DNA from: Candidatus Eiseniibacteriota bacterium
GTDB taxonomy: Bacteria > Eisenbacteria > RBG-16-71-46 > JABDJR01
Direction: 5' to 3'
DNA length: 64,000 nt
Assembly (NCBI GenBank): GCA_942491735.1
Contig: CALOCN010000001.1
Location: forward strand, 1,030,071 to 1,094,070
Each line of letters starts with the position of its first letter. Within the stretch, counting starts at the first letter, position 1. Of the stretch, positions 28,514 through 38,235 are shown piece by piece. A program made the position numbers and the translations under genes. The notes under the pieces were generated by a model. The model did not search any database. It was not told where the DNA came from and was given only the letters and a program-made list of their open reading frames with translations.

Positions 28514-29449
28514 ATGCGTACGCCAGTTGCCCTGCTTGCCGCCACCATGCTTCTTGCCGCCGCAACCGCGAGCGCCCAGCCCTGCTGCAGTCTTCCGGAC
28601 AACGGCACCGGCACCGCCGACTTGCCGCCCTCCTGTCCCCCGACCGGATACCTGGGCACCCTGCAGGTCATCGACGGCCTTCCCGCCGGGGGAACCCTGG
28701 CCCTGGAAGCGACCCTGAGCAACTTCGTTGCCTCGTCGGTTCCCGGCGGGTCGCTGGGGGGCACCATCGAGACCTGGACCGCCTCGGTCACGCTGCAGGT
28801 GACGGGCGGTGGCACGCTGGCCGGATTCAACCGGGTCATCGTCATGCCGGTCACGGGGGAGACCCACAGTGGGCCACGCACTCCGGGGGATGCCGTCCAG
28901 ACCGTCCCCATTCGGGTCACTGCGTTCGACGGATTGCTCACCGGCGACTCGGATTTTTCCCTCCTCCAATGGGAACGGGATCTCAACCTGAGCCCCGGTC
29001 AGACCACGCTCAGTCGTCAGGGGGGACCCGGGACCGATTTCGAGGCGAGCAGTTTCTTCGACTACCGCTATCGGATCCAGTTCGAGGGGCAGTACGAGAG
29101 TGCGTGGCTCGACGGGTACCGCGGGATCACCCAGGACCTGGAGGCGCGGTTCGATCTTTGCCCGGCCACCGCCTCGACCCCCGGCGTATCGTCTGGCCTG
29201 CGCCCCATCGCGCGTCCCAACCCCATGCGGTCCCTGACCCATCTGGACATTCCGGATGACCTGCAGGCTCACGTGGTGGAGGTGTTCGACACGCGAGGCC
29301 GGTTGTTGCGGCGGATCCAGCCGGAGGGAACCCGGGTGATCTGGGATGGCCGGGATGTGCTGGGCGTTCCCGCACCGGCCGGGGTCTATCTCCTGCGGGT
29401 GCGCGGCACGCGCGAGTCCCGCTCGGTGCGTGTGATCAAACTGCCCTGA
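28514..29449 (+). CDS. secreted protein with C-terminal FlgD-Ig/T9SS-like domain
   Basis: Internal ATG 28514 with GGAGGA 5 nt upstream; signal peptide MRTPVALLAATMLLAAATASA; C-terminal RPNPMRS...VIWDGRDVLGVPAPAGVYLL. Confidence 0.65.
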   Translation: MRTPVALLAATMLLAAATASAQPCCSLPDNGTGTADLPPSCPPTGYLGTLQVIDGLPAGGTLALEATLSNFVASSVPGGSLGGTIETWTASVTLQVTGGGTLAGFNRVIVMPVTGETHSGPRTPGDAVQTVPIRVTAFDGLLTGDSDFSLLQWERDLNLSPGQTTLSRQGGPGTDFEASSFFDYRYRIQFEGQYESAWLDGYRGITQDLEARFDLCPATASTPGVSSGLRPIARPNPMRSLTHLDIPDDLQAHVVEVFDTRGRLLRRIQPEGTRVIWDGRDVLGVPAPAGVYLLRVRGTRESRSVRVIKLP

Positions 29450-30514
29450 CTACGGAACCCGCGCCGGCACCACGGTCAGGGCGATCGGTCCGTCCCCCCG
29501 GGCAATCATCTCCTGGGTGACGACGAGGGACCGGGTGTCGAGCACGATCACCGCATCGGCGTCGAAGTTCCCCAGATAGAGCCGCTCCTCCCAGAGCGCG
29601 ATTCCGGTGTACCCCGGGACGGTGAGCCGGTCGTCGGTTCCCAGGGAAACCGTGCGCAGGGTCAGGGTGTCGTAGGCGCGCACGCCGCCCCAGAAACCGG
29701 TCACGTAGGCGATGCCGTCCTCGTCCACCACCGCCCTGGCCGGGCCGCCGCCCAGATCCAGCGTGTCCAACACCGCCGAGCCCTCGGCGTTCAAGCGCAC
29801 GACCCGTCCGTTGTCCGTGTCGCGTTGATTGTTTCCGGTGCAGATCACGTGCAGACGCTCATCGCGTCCCAGGACGATCGACTGTGGGTTCGTGGGAACG
29901 GGGTGGCGGGCGAGCTCCACCAAGTCCGGAATGCGAAGCAGCACCACATAGCCCTGCCCGTAGTCCCCCTCGGTTCCGTTGAACCCGGTCAACGTCACGG
30001 CCAGGCGGTCCACCCCGGCCCAGATCCCTTCCAGCGCCGGCCCCACCGTGACCCGCCGCACCACGCGCATTGCGGCCAGGTCCAGCTCCACCACCTCGCC
30101 GCTGACGAACGTGGTCACCCACGCCCGGTTCGCATCGGTGGGATCCACGGTCAGCTCCCAGGGGTTGCTGCCGGCACCGATCTGGATACAACCGAGGGTC
30201 CTGCCGGTCAGCGGATCCACCACGCTCACCGTATTGTCCCCCGAGTTCACCACCACGAGGCGGTCCCCGGCGACGTCCACGTCGTTGGGCACCTGACCCG
30301 TGAGCCCGGTCGTGTTGATGGGTGTGGCCTGCTCGCCCAGGGTGGCCGCCCACCACGTTTCCCCCAGGCTGTTGGCCACCACGAGGTGCGCGGCATCCGG
30401 GGACAGGGGCGGCCCCGTGTCCCCCTCGATGGGACAGGCCCCGGTAGGCAGCGTGTCCTGCGAGGAACAGCCGGCGAGGACCCACAACACGGCGGCGAGA
30501 ACCAGCGTCTTCAT
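29450..30514 (-). CDS. lipoprotein, YVTN-type beta-propeller
   Basis: Internal ATG at 30514 (ATGA overlap with upstream gene); lipobox VLAGC; repeats of VVNSGDNTVSVVD type. Confidence 0.65.
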   Translation of the reverse strand: MKTLVLAAVLWVLAGCSSQDTLPTGACPIEGDTGPPLSPDAAHLVVANSLGETWWAATLGEQATPINTTGLTGQVPNDVDVAGDRLVVVNSGDNTVSVVDPLTGRTLGCIQIGAGSNPWELTVDPTDANRAWVTTFVSGEVVELDLAAMRVVRRVTVGPALEGIWAGVDRLAVTLTGFNGTEGDYGQGYVVLLRIPDLVELARHPVPTNPQSIVLGRDERLHVICTGNNQRDTDNGRVVRLNAEGSAVLDTLDLGGGPARAVVDEDGIAYVTGFWGGVRAYDTLTLRTVSLGTDDRLTVPGYTGIALWEERLYLGNFDADAVIVLDTRSLVVTQEMIARGDGPIALTVVPARVP

Positions 30515-32043
30515 CGTGATCGCACCACGCGTCCCACGGAGTGCCAGCCGGTGCCGGTGCGTGCAGCCAGCAGATACACGCCGGGCGGGACCGGGACGCC
30601 GTGCTCGTCGCGGCCGTCCCAGACGGATTCCCCGTTGCTCACCCGCAGGGTCGCCCGCAGACGGCCATGGATGTCGAACACGGAGAGGGAGCGTGTGTCG
30701 GAATCGAGCGCGCTCAGCACGGTGCGGGAGCGAAACGGGTTGGGATAGGCATGGACGAGGACCCGCGGGGTGACGGTCGAGGTGGCCGTCGATGGATCCT
30801 GGGCGGCGCGAAAGTAGATCTCCTCCTTGGTGTGCCGGGTGTCCTGCCACAGCACGAAGACGCGTCCGGCGCCGTCGGCGTGCAGGGTGGGCCGGGACGA
30901 CTTGCCCGAAACGCCGAAGCTGATCTGGGTGTCGCCGGCCCCGGTGGAGTCCCACCCGGCCCCCGCCGCAGCGCTCTGATAGAACACCTGCCGGTTGAAC
31001 ACCGACACCCGTCCATCCTGCCACGCCACATGGCGGCGGCCGGAGGGGTCCACGCTGATATCCGGCTCTTCCGCGCCCACGGCGGCGGGGGAGACGCGGG
31101 TCGGCGGGCCCCATACCCCGCCCGGGGTGCGCTCCCGCAGATAGACCGCCTTGGTTCCCTCCCGCGGATCGGCCCACACCGCGACCAGGGTGCCGTCCGG
31201 CGCCACATCCAGGGCGACCCCGTCCGCCGCGGCGCTGGGAGGGGAGAGGGTGTCGGGGGCCGACCATGCGTCTCCCGGGGGGCGGTGCCGATAGAGGATA
31301 CGGAACCCTCCGTTGGCGTTGTCCCGCCATGCCGCATGCAACGCTCCGTCCGGTCCGCTGGCCAGGGCGGGGAAATTGGAATCGCTGGGGTTCGCCGAGA
31401 CGTTCTCGTCCGGACCGTCACCCGGGGTCGTGTCCCAGGCTCCACCGGTTCGGCTCTTGAACAGGATTTCCGCGTTATCCCCGTCGTAGCGGAAGTCGTA
31501 CCAGGCCACATGCGCGGTGCCGTCCGGTGCAACGACCAGGTTCGGCAGGTATGAGTTGTCCCCGTCGGTCTCGGGATGCGCGGTCGTGGTGAGGCGGGTC
31601 TCGGTGGTGCTGTCCCCCCACGCCTCGCCGCCCGCGCGCACCTTGGTGAACAGCTCCAGGTTGTTGATGCCGGCAACCCGATAGTCGTGCCACACCATGA
31701 GCAGGGTGTCGCCCGGCAACGTGACCAGGGAGGGGAACTTCGCCCCCAGGCCTTCCCCGATGTAGGTCGCGTTGAACACCACCGCGGTCTCGTCCGGTCC
31801 CCAGACCCCGCCCAACTCCCGCGTGCGGGTGTTGATCTGGAAGTTGGAGTTGGGGCCGTCCTGTTCGGCCCATGCCGCGGTGAGTCGTCCCCACGAATCC
31901 ATGGCCAACGCGCCGTGATTCAGCCCGGTCTCGCTGACCGTCCCCTTCGTGGTGAGTCGTTCCTCCGGACCCCAATCCAGAGCCCGGGCCGGGCTGCCCA
32001 GGGCCATCCATGCCAGCGTGAGGAGGCAAACCCCGCGCCTCAT
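30511..32043 (-). CDS. secreted repeat protein (DG..HVAW.D repeats, probable beta-propeller) with C-terminal FlgD-Ig/T9SS-like domain
   Basis: Internal ATG at 32043 overlapping TonB-receptor stop (ATGA); signal peptide MRRGVCLLTLAWMALGSPARA; C-terminal YPNPFRS...VWDGRDEHGVPVPPGVYLL. Confidence 0.65.
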   Translation of the reverse strand: MRRGVCLLTLAWMALGSPARALDWGPEERLTTKGTVSETGLNHGALAMDSWGRLTAAWAEQDGPNSNFQINTRTRELGGVWGPDETAVVFNATYIGEGLGAKFPSLVTLPGDTLLMVWHDYRVAGINNLELFTKVRAGGEAWGDSTTETRLTTTAHPETDGDNSYLPNLVVAPDGTAHVAWYDFRYDGDNAEILFKSRTGGAWDTTPGDGPDENVSANPSDSNFPALASGPDGALHAAWRDNANGGFRILYRHRPPGDAWSAPDTLSPPSAAADGVALDVAPDGTLVAVWADPREGTKAVYLRERTPGGVWGPPTRVSPAAVGAEEPDISVDPSGRRHVAWQDGRVSVFNRQVFYQSAAAGAGWDSTGAGDTQISFGVSGKSSRPTLHADGAGRVFVLWQDTRHTKEEIYFRAAQDPSTATSTVTPRVLVHAYPNPFRSRTVLSALDSDTRSLSVFDIHGRLRATLRVSNGESVWDGRDEHGVPVPPGVYLLAARTGTGWHSVGRVVRSR

Positions 32044-34016
32044 GATCCGGCCGGAGTCCAGCGCACGCCCAGACGAATCACCCGCCCGGTGGTGGCATAG
32101 CCGCGCAGATCCTCGTAGGCCACCGCGCCCAGATTCTCCCCCTCGACCTCCAGCCGCACCCGTGGGGTGACCGCGAACCGCAGCCGGGCATGCCAGAGCG
32201 TGTAGCCGGGTTGCCACTTCGTGTTGGCCGCGGTGACCGGCACCGCGCTGGTGGTCCGCGCACCGGCGGCGGCGGACCAGGGGCCGTGGGTCAGCGAAAG
32301 CTCGGCGAATGCGGTGGTGGCGGCGCGCCCCACCAACTGACGACCACCGGTCACCGGATCCCCGGTGGCATCCTCGGCTTCGACCCAGGTCAGGGACCCA
32401 TCCAGCCGCCAATCCAGGGAACCGGTGTTGAAACCCACCGAGGCATCCGACTCCACGCCGCGAAAGGTAGCCTGGGCCACGTTGTGTGGTCGCCACACCC
32501 CGTCCGCTCCGGGGACCCACTGGATCAGGTCATCCACCCGCGAGGCGAACAGACCAACCTGGGCCCGGGAGCCTTTCCATGTTCCTTCCAGTCCCAGGTC
32601 GGCGTCGTAGGCACGCTCGGGACGGAGGTCGGGGTTGCCGGCCGCACTGGCCCGGGCCGGCCAGAAGAGATCGTCGAAGGTGGGGGGGCGAAACCCGGTT
32701 CCCAGGCCGCCCCGGGCCCGCAACGAGGTGGTGTCGTCCAGTTCCCAGGATCGGGTGAGCGTGACCCGGGCGCTCGGCTCGGGGGAGAGCCCCTCGATCG
32801 CGTCGCCGCGACCGGCCAAGGTGATCCCCCACGCGCCCCGGGTCAGACCCAGTTCCGCACCCAGGGATCCGCGCGGACGGGTGCGGGTTCCATCGGTCGT
32901 GCTCTCCAGACGGTCGATCGCCGCTTCCGAACGGATGTCCAACGACGCGTTGTCCAGGACCTGGGCCCACTCGAGGGCGGCGCGCCCGCGCTCGTTGCGG
33001 TGGGTGTCGTCGATCGCCCCCAACGGACTGCCCGGATCGCCGTAGTGACGGCGAAAGGACTGCCCGCTGAGATCCAGGGTCCAAAGACCCGGCAGGTCGC
33101 TTAGCGTGGCTCCGCGCAGGGTGGCCACTGCTTCGGCGAAGGTGTCTTCCCGCATGGCCTCGGGCGAGGGAAAGAATCGGGACCCGGGCACATCCCGTTT
33201 GTCCCTGCGTGCCTCCACCGAGAGCTCCAGTGCCCCGGCCCAGGTCGGGTGATGGGACACCCGGGCGCGCAACCCGCCGGTGCGCACCGAGCCCTGGAGT
33301 TCCCCAAGGATCGGCGAGGCCGTTTCCAGTCGTAGCGCGGTCTCCCCGGACCAACGACCCGAAGCCACCCCGCCGCGGGCCCAGAGCAATCCGCGCTCCT
33401 GGGTTCCGGCCATGATCCGCAGGGATGCGTTGGTCTCCCGGTCCTGACGTCGCACGAGATTGACCGCGCCCCCCAGGGCATAGAATCCGTACTGGGCTCC
33501 CACGCTTCCGCGGCTCACCTCGATGCGCTCCAGCCCATCGGGATCCAGGGCGTACAGATCCACCGCGCCACCCTGGGCCGAGTTGAGCGGCCGGCCGTCC
33601 AGCATTACCGCCACCCGGTCGGCACGGTAGCCGCGGATGGAAACGACCTGGCTCGCCCCGTCGCCCAGACCGGTCACCCGCACTCCGGCCACCGGGGATA
33701 GGGCCTGCCCCAATTCCACCGGATCCAGCCGTTCCAACCACGCGCGATCCAGCACGGTGCGTGGGCCCAGTGTGGGCCGACCCACCGCGACCCGCGGGGC
33801 CTCGGTGCGTACGACCGGAAGGGTGTATACGGCCAGGGTGTCCGTGCGGGCCGTGGAATCGCGAAGGGCGGCCGACGTGGGAGCCGGTGCAAGCACGGTT
33901 GTGGAACGAGCCCCGATTCCCGGTCCCAGGACCGAGGATCGGAGGGCAGGGGCCGAAACGGATGCAGACCCCAGGACCACCACGCCAGCCGCCAACGCGA
34001 TCCGGAAACGTGTCAT
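32040..34016 (-). CDS. TonB-dependent outer-membrane receptor
   Basis: 658 aa; signal peptide; TonB-box-like TLPVVRTEA; plug region VVSIRGYRADRVAVMLDGRPLNSAQGGAVDLYALDPDGLERIEVSRG. Confidence 0.8.
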   Translation of the reverse strand: MTRFRIALAAGVVVLGSASVSAPALRSSVLGPGIGARSTTVLAPAPTSAALRDSTARTDTLAVYTLPVVRTEAPRVAVGRPTLGPRTVLDRAWLERLDPVELGQALSPVAGVRVTGLGDGASQVVSIRGYRADRVAVMLDGRPLNSAQGGAVDLYALDPDGLERIEVSRGSVGAQYGFYALGGAVNLVRRQDRETNASLRIMAGTQERGLLWARGGVASGRWSGETALRLETASPILGELQGSVRTGGLRARVSHHPTWAGALELSVEARRDKRDVPGSRFFPSPEAMREDTFAEAVATLRGATLSDLPGLWTLDLSGQSFRRHYGDPGSPLGAIDDTHRNERGRAALEWAQVLDNASLDIRSEAAIDRLESTTDGTRTRPRGSLGAELGLTRGAWGITLAGRGDAIEGLSPEPSARVTLTRSWELDDTTSLRARGGLGTGFRPPTFDDLFWPARASAAGNPDLRPERAYDADLGLEGTWKGSRAQVGLFASRVDDLIQWVPGADGVWRPHNVAQATFRGVESDASVGFNTGSLDWRLDGSLTWVEAEDATGDPVTGGRQLVGRAATTAFAELSLTHGPWSAAAGARTTSAVPVTAANTKWQPGYTLWHARLRFAVTPRVRLEVEGENLGAVAYEDLRGYATTGRVIRLGVRWTPAGS

Positions 34017-34017
34017 C

Positions 34018-35529
34018 TCAGCGAACGACCGCTACCCGGGTCACTGCGGTGTGGCTGCCGTCTGTCAGGTGAACGAAGTAGATGCCGTTGGCGAACGGGG
34101 TGGTGTCCAGGGCGAGGGCACCGTCGGCCACCCCGTCGCGGGACAGGAGCACCCGTCCGCGCACATCGACGAGACGCACCGTGGCCTTTCCCTGGATGCC
34201 GCGCAGGGCGAGCCGCAAGGCACCGCGGGAGGGGTTGTCCAGGGCGCGCGCCGCCAGCGGCAACGCGGCCACCGTGATCCGGCGCTCCCCCAGGGTCTCC
34301 AGTCCTCCGGTGCGAAGCCGGGCGACCAGACGGTAGGCCACCTCCCCGCGCACGGGGTCCTCGTCGCGCCAGGTACCCCTTTCCGCGGCAACGAGGTCCG
34401 CGACGGTTCGCCAGTCGGCTGCGCCCCCGCTGCGCTCGACCTGGATGCGGGAGGCTTCGTGGACGTCGCCCAGGGTCCAGTCGAGCCGGACTCCGGCCTC
34501 GGTGGCTTCCACCGAGAACGTGGTGAGCTGCACCGGCACCGGCTTGTCCTCATGGACGGCCAGACAGCCGGGACCGTCGCCGGTGGCATACGTGTCGATG
34601 ACCTGCTCATCGCTCAGGCGAAGCCGCACCAGGAGGTCGTCGGCGAACAGGGTGAAGAGGAGGTTGCCCATGCCGTCGAACGCGAGTCCGGTGTACCCGG
34701 TACCTCCGACCAGCAGAGCGTTGCCGGAATCCCGGATCACCGTGCGGGTATCGGCGTCGTAGGTGTAGAGCCCCCCGAAGTAGTCCGTGGTGACCGCGAG
34801 TCCGTCGCCGATGGCGATCTTGCCCGGGCTCCCTCCCAGGACCAGGGTGTCCTGCGGCGCGTGCGTGGCCCCGTCGATGACGTGCGCCTCCCCGAACACG
34901 GAGAAGTAGTTCCCGGTGCACATCACGTGGAGGTCGTTGTTCCAGGCGGCCAGCCACTGGGGGTTCATCCCCACCGCTAGGGTGTCGGTAATCGCGAGCG
35001 TACCCGGGTCCAGGGCGAACACCGTCCCCGGGTCGTAACCGAAGTCGCTGGGCCGGAACCCGGTGTTGGCCACATAGCAGACGCCGTTCAGGAGGAGCAC
35101 GTCTTCCGGTGAGCCGCCGACCCCCACCCGGCCGGTCTCGGTGCCGGTGGCGTCGAAGCGGACCAGTTCGTGGGTGTTGAGCAACGACACGTAGACGTTG
35201 CCCGCGTCGTCCACGTCGAGGGCGTAGGGGTTTGAGCCGGCTCCCGTGGAGAGGGTCTGCAACAGCGTGAGCGTGGCGGTGTCCAGGACCTCCACCGCGT
35301 CCGCGCCGGAGACCACCACGTAGAGCTTGCCCGCCTTCACCACCGCCTCGCTGGGAAACCCGGCGAAGGCGTGCGGTCCCAGTTGCACCGCGCCCGTGGT
35401 CAGGTCCGCGGTGGAGATCGTGTTGTCGATTCCGTTCATGACGAGGGCGGTCGGTGTGGCGTGAGCCACGGGGGATTGGACCCCGGGGGCGAGCAGAAGC
35501 AAGAAGCAGACAGCAATGAAGCGTGGCAC
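34018..35529 (-). CDS. secreted YVTN-type beta-propeller protein with C-terminal sorting-like domain
   Basis: GTG start at 35529; signal peptide MPRFIAVCFLLLLAPGVQSPVAHA; stop 1 nt before receptor start; C-terminal ...GIYFVHLTDG... Confidence 0.65.
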   Translation of the reverse strand: MPRFIAVCFLLLLAPGVQSPVAHATPTALVMNGIDNTISTADLTTGAVQLGPHAFAGFPSEAVVKAGKLYVVVSGADAVEVLDTATLTLLQTLSTGAGSNPYALDVDDAGNVYVSLLNTHELVRFDATGTETGRVGVGGSPEDVLLLNGVCYVANTGFRPSDFGYDPGTVFALDPGTLAITDTLAVGMNPQWLAAWNNDLHVMCTGNYFSVFGEAHVIDGATHAPQDTLVLGGSPGKIAIGDGLAVTTDYFGGLYTYDADTRTVIRDSGNALLVGGTGYTGLAFDGMGNLLFTLFADDLLVRLRLSDEQVIDTYATGDGPGCLAVHEDKPVPVQLTTFSVEATEAGVRLDWTLGDVHEASRIQVERSGGAADWRTVADLVAAERGTWRDEDPVRGEVAYRLVARLRTGGLETLGERRITVAALPLAARALDNPSRGALRLALRGIQGKATVRLVDVRGRVLLSRDGVADGALALDTTPFANGIYFVHLTDGSHTAVTRVAVVR

Positions 35530-35614
35530 GTCGAAAACCTCCCGTTCGAGATGCAGGGACGTCTTCGGGGCGGGGAACGCCGGACGAGTGACGCGGGGGG
35601 ATCAGCGCACGGCA

Positions 35615-35634
35615 CGGAACCACGGGGGGTTCCG
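35615..35634. promoter_or_regulatory. perfect inverted repeat CGGAACC-N6-GGTTCCG in divergent intergenic region
   Basis: Read directly: cggaaccacggggggttccg; lies between the minus-strand receptor operon (start 35529) and the ECF sigma gene (start 35952); function unknown. Confidence 0.3.
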
Positions 35635-35951
35635 ACCCGGCGCCGGTCGGCGTCGAACCACGTCATGCGTCCTCAGCACTCCTCGAAGGACGTCAGACAT
35701 CGTCCGTGGCCGGTCTCCTGACTTGCGGGTCATCCTCGGGTCGCCCCTTCCCGGAAACGTGTTCCAGTGGGATTCTTGCGACCGTTGTCACCGCTTACAG
35801 TGGCGGGTCCGTGCCGGATTCTCACCGGCTTCCCGTGCACCACGGACGAGATGTGAGTGAGGCGCAGTCTAGGGATGCGGGAGGGGGGGGTCAATGAGGA
35901 ACAGGGAATCGGTTACGGTTAGGCGGGATACAGGTTCGGGAAGGAGCAGCG

Positions 35952-36737
35952 GTGGCCGACCAATCACAGTGGAATCTCCCCGCCGATCAGGCGGTCGATC
36001 GACTCATGCGCGACTACGGGGGACAGATCTACCGTCTTGGGCTCTCGGTTTGCGGGAACCCGGACGAGGCCCAGGATCTGGTCCAGGACGTGTTCCTGGC
36101 CGCCTATCGCAAGTGGGACCAGTTCGAGGGGCGTTCCAAGCCCACCACCTGGCTCTTCACCATTGCCACCCGGCGCTGTCAGCGGTTACACCGCAAGCGG
36201 GCCGGGGAACCCCGGCATATGGAGTCCCTGGACGAACTCCTGCCCTTTGACGAACCCACCCTGCCGGTCCTCGACGACGGCCGGTCGCGCGGGGAAGTGG
36301 AACGGCAGGTCGGAACGGCCATCGCCACCCTTCCCGAGGCGTTTCGGGTTCCGCTCCTCCTCAAGGACATCGTGGGACTTCCGGTGAGCGACGTGGCCGA
36401 GATCCTGGGCCTCAAGGAGGCCACCGTGAAGACCCGTCTCCACCGCGCCCGGCTCAAGCTGCGCAAGGTCATCGTGGAGAACCTTCCCCGGGAAACCGAC
36501 GCGGCTCCCGCACCGGCCTATCCGCTTCAGGTGTGTCTGGACCTCCTGGAGGCCAAGCAGGAGTCGCTCGATCGCGGCGTCCCCTTCGCCGAGGGGGACG
36601 CGGTGATCTGCGAACGGTGTCGCAGCGTCTTTCGCACCCTGGACCTCGGGGCGGATGTGTGCCTGACCCTGGGGGGCGGCGATCTCCCCGCGGGCCTGGC
36701 CGAGAGCCTGCGCAAGCGGATTCACGAGTCACCCTAA
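35952..36737 (+). CDS. ECF-type RNA polymerase sigma factor with ~80-aa Cys-containing C-terminal extension
   Basis: GTG start with AAGGAG 5 nt upstream; sigma-2 region (DLVQDVFLAAYRKWDQF) and sigma-4 HTH (VSDVAEILGLKEATVKTRLHRAR); extension with C-x28-CxxC-x11-C. Confidence 0.75.
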   Translation: MADQSQWNLPADQAVDRLMRDYGGQIYRLGLSVCGNPDEAQDLVQDVFLAAYRKWDQFEGRSKPTTWLFTIATRRCQRLHRKRAGEPRHMESLDELLPFDEPTLPVLDDGRSRGEVERQVGTAIATLPEAFRVPLLLKDIVGLPVSDVAEILGLKEATVKTRLHRARLKLRKVIVENLPRETDAAPAPAYPLQVCLDLLEAKQESLDRGVPFAEGDAVICERCRSVFRTLDLGADVCLTLGGGDLPAGLAESLRKRIHESP

Positions 36738-36779
36738 CTCGTTTCATGGCAACTGATTAAGAAATTGTCCGCTCCCAAC

Positions 36780-36806
36780 GGGAACCTCCCGACGCCTGCG
36801 TGTCTC
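36780..36806 (+). promoter_or_regulatory. candidate ECF-type promoter (GGGAAC-N16-GTCTC) upstream of sulfur-oxidation genes
   Basis: gggaac ctcccgacgcctgcgt gtctc, about 37 nt upstream of ATG 36843; motif match only. Confidence 0.35.
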
Positions 36807-36842
36807 TCACCTCATGAAGCACGTATCCACCCAGGAGGACCC

Positions 36843-38231
36843 ATGTTTTTCAAGCAGTACTATCTCGATTGCCTATCCCACGCCTCGTACATGATTGCCG
36901 ACGAGACCACCGGAAGCGCGGTGGTCGTCGATCCGCAACGGGATATCGACCACTATCTCGCCGACGCCCAGCTGCACGGTCTTCGCATCGAGCACGTTCT
37001 GTTGACCCACTTCCACGCCGACTTCGTGGCCGGCCACCTCGAGCTGCGTGACCGGTTCGGCGCCACCATTCATCTGGGCCGGCGGGCCGAGGCCGAGTTC
37101 CCCTTCCACGCGGTGGGAGACGGAGACCGCATCGAACTGGGACGCGTGGTGCTCGAGGCGATGGAGACGCCCGGCCACACCCCGGAGTCCACCTCGTTCG
37201 TGGTCATCGATCGCGATCGCGGCGAAACGCCCTACGCCGTGTTGACCGGCGACACCCTGTTCATCGGCGATGTCGGGCGACCCGACCTGCTCGCGTCGCT
37301 GGGGCACACCGCCGACGAGTTGGCCGACATGCTGTATGACTCGGTGACCAACCGCCTGATGCGGCTCCCGGACGACACGCTGGTCTATCCCGCTCACGGG
37401 GCCGGCTCCATGTGCGGCAAGAACCTGGGCACGGAGACCGTCTCCACCCTCGGTGAGCAACGCCTGATGAATCCCGCGCTCAAGTTCGACGACCTGGCCT
37501 CCTTCAAGGCCTATGTCACCTCGGAACAGCCGGCGGCGCCCGCGTACTTTGCCTTCGATGCGGTGCTCAACCGCAAGGAACGCCCGGTCCTGGACACCAA
37601 TCTGGAGCACGCGAATCGTTCGCTGACCCTGGACCAGGTTCTCACCCATCGCGAGCAGGGTGCCCAGCTCCTGGATACCCGGCCGGCGGACACGTTCGCC
37701 CGGGGACATCTGGTCGGAAGCCTCAATGTTCCCCTGGAGGGGCGCTACGCCACCTGGGCGGGTACCCTGCTCGACCCCGAACGTCCCATTGTCCTCGTTG
37801 CCGATCCCGGTCGCGAGGAAGAGTCGGCCATGCGTCTGGGACGCATCGGATTCGATTCGGTGGTGGGGCATCTCGAGGGTGGGTTCAACGCCACGCGCCG
37901 TCGCCAGGACGTGGTGGCCCGGGCGGAGCGACTCAGCGGTCCGGACCTGGGCGAGGCACTCGGGTCGTCGGGTCCTCCGGTCCTGCTGGACGTGCGCACC
38001 GCGGGAGAGCGGAACGCCGCTCCCATCCCGGGCAGCCTGACCATTCCTCTCGACGAGCTGCCGTCCCGTCTCGGCGAGATTCCCCGGGATCGACCCGTGG
38101 TCCTCGTCTGCGCCGGCGGGTATCGCTCGGGCATCGCCAACAGCGTGCTCATGCAGAACGGCTTTACCCGTACCGCGGATCTGTTGGGAGGGTATCCTAC
38201 GTGGGCTTCCCACATGGCTCCCTCGTCCTGA
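36843..38231 (+). CDS. persulfide dioxygenase (MBL fold) fused to two rhodanese domains (CstB-like)
   Basis: Internal ATG 36843 with AGGAGG 4 nt upstream; metallo-beta-lactamase motif LTHFHADFVAGH; C-terminal rhodanese active-site loop VCAGGYRSG, first rhodanese-like domain lacks the Cys. Confidence 0.8.
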   Translation: MFFKQYYLDCLSHASYMIADETTGSAVVVDPQRDIDHYLADAQLHGLRIEHVLLTHFHADFVAGHLELRDRFGATIHLGRRAEAEFPFHAVGDGDRIELGRVVLEAMETPGHTPESTSFVVIDRDRGETPYAVLTGDTLFIGDVGRPDLLASLGHTADELADMLYDSVTNRLMRLPDDTLVYPAHGAGSMCGKNLGTETVSTLGEQRLMNPALKFDDLASFKAYVTSEQPAAPAYFAFDAVLNRKERPVLDTNLEHANRSLTLDQVLTHREQGAQLLDTRPADTFARGHLVGSLNVPLEGRYATWAGTLLDPERPIVLVADPGREEESAMRLGRIGFDSVVGHLEGGFNATRRRQDVVARAERLSGPDLGEALGSSGPPVLLDVRTAGERNAAPIPGSLTIPLDELPSRLGEIPRDRPVVLVCAGGYRSGIANSVLMQNGFTRTADLLGGYPTWASHMAPSS

Positions 38232-38235
38232 CCTT

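Noticed and set aside
35752-35786. GGAAAC ... CGTT as a second ECF-type promoter upstream of the ECF sigma gene
   Set aside because: Spacing between candidate -35 and -10 elements is ~24 nt, too long for ECF promoters
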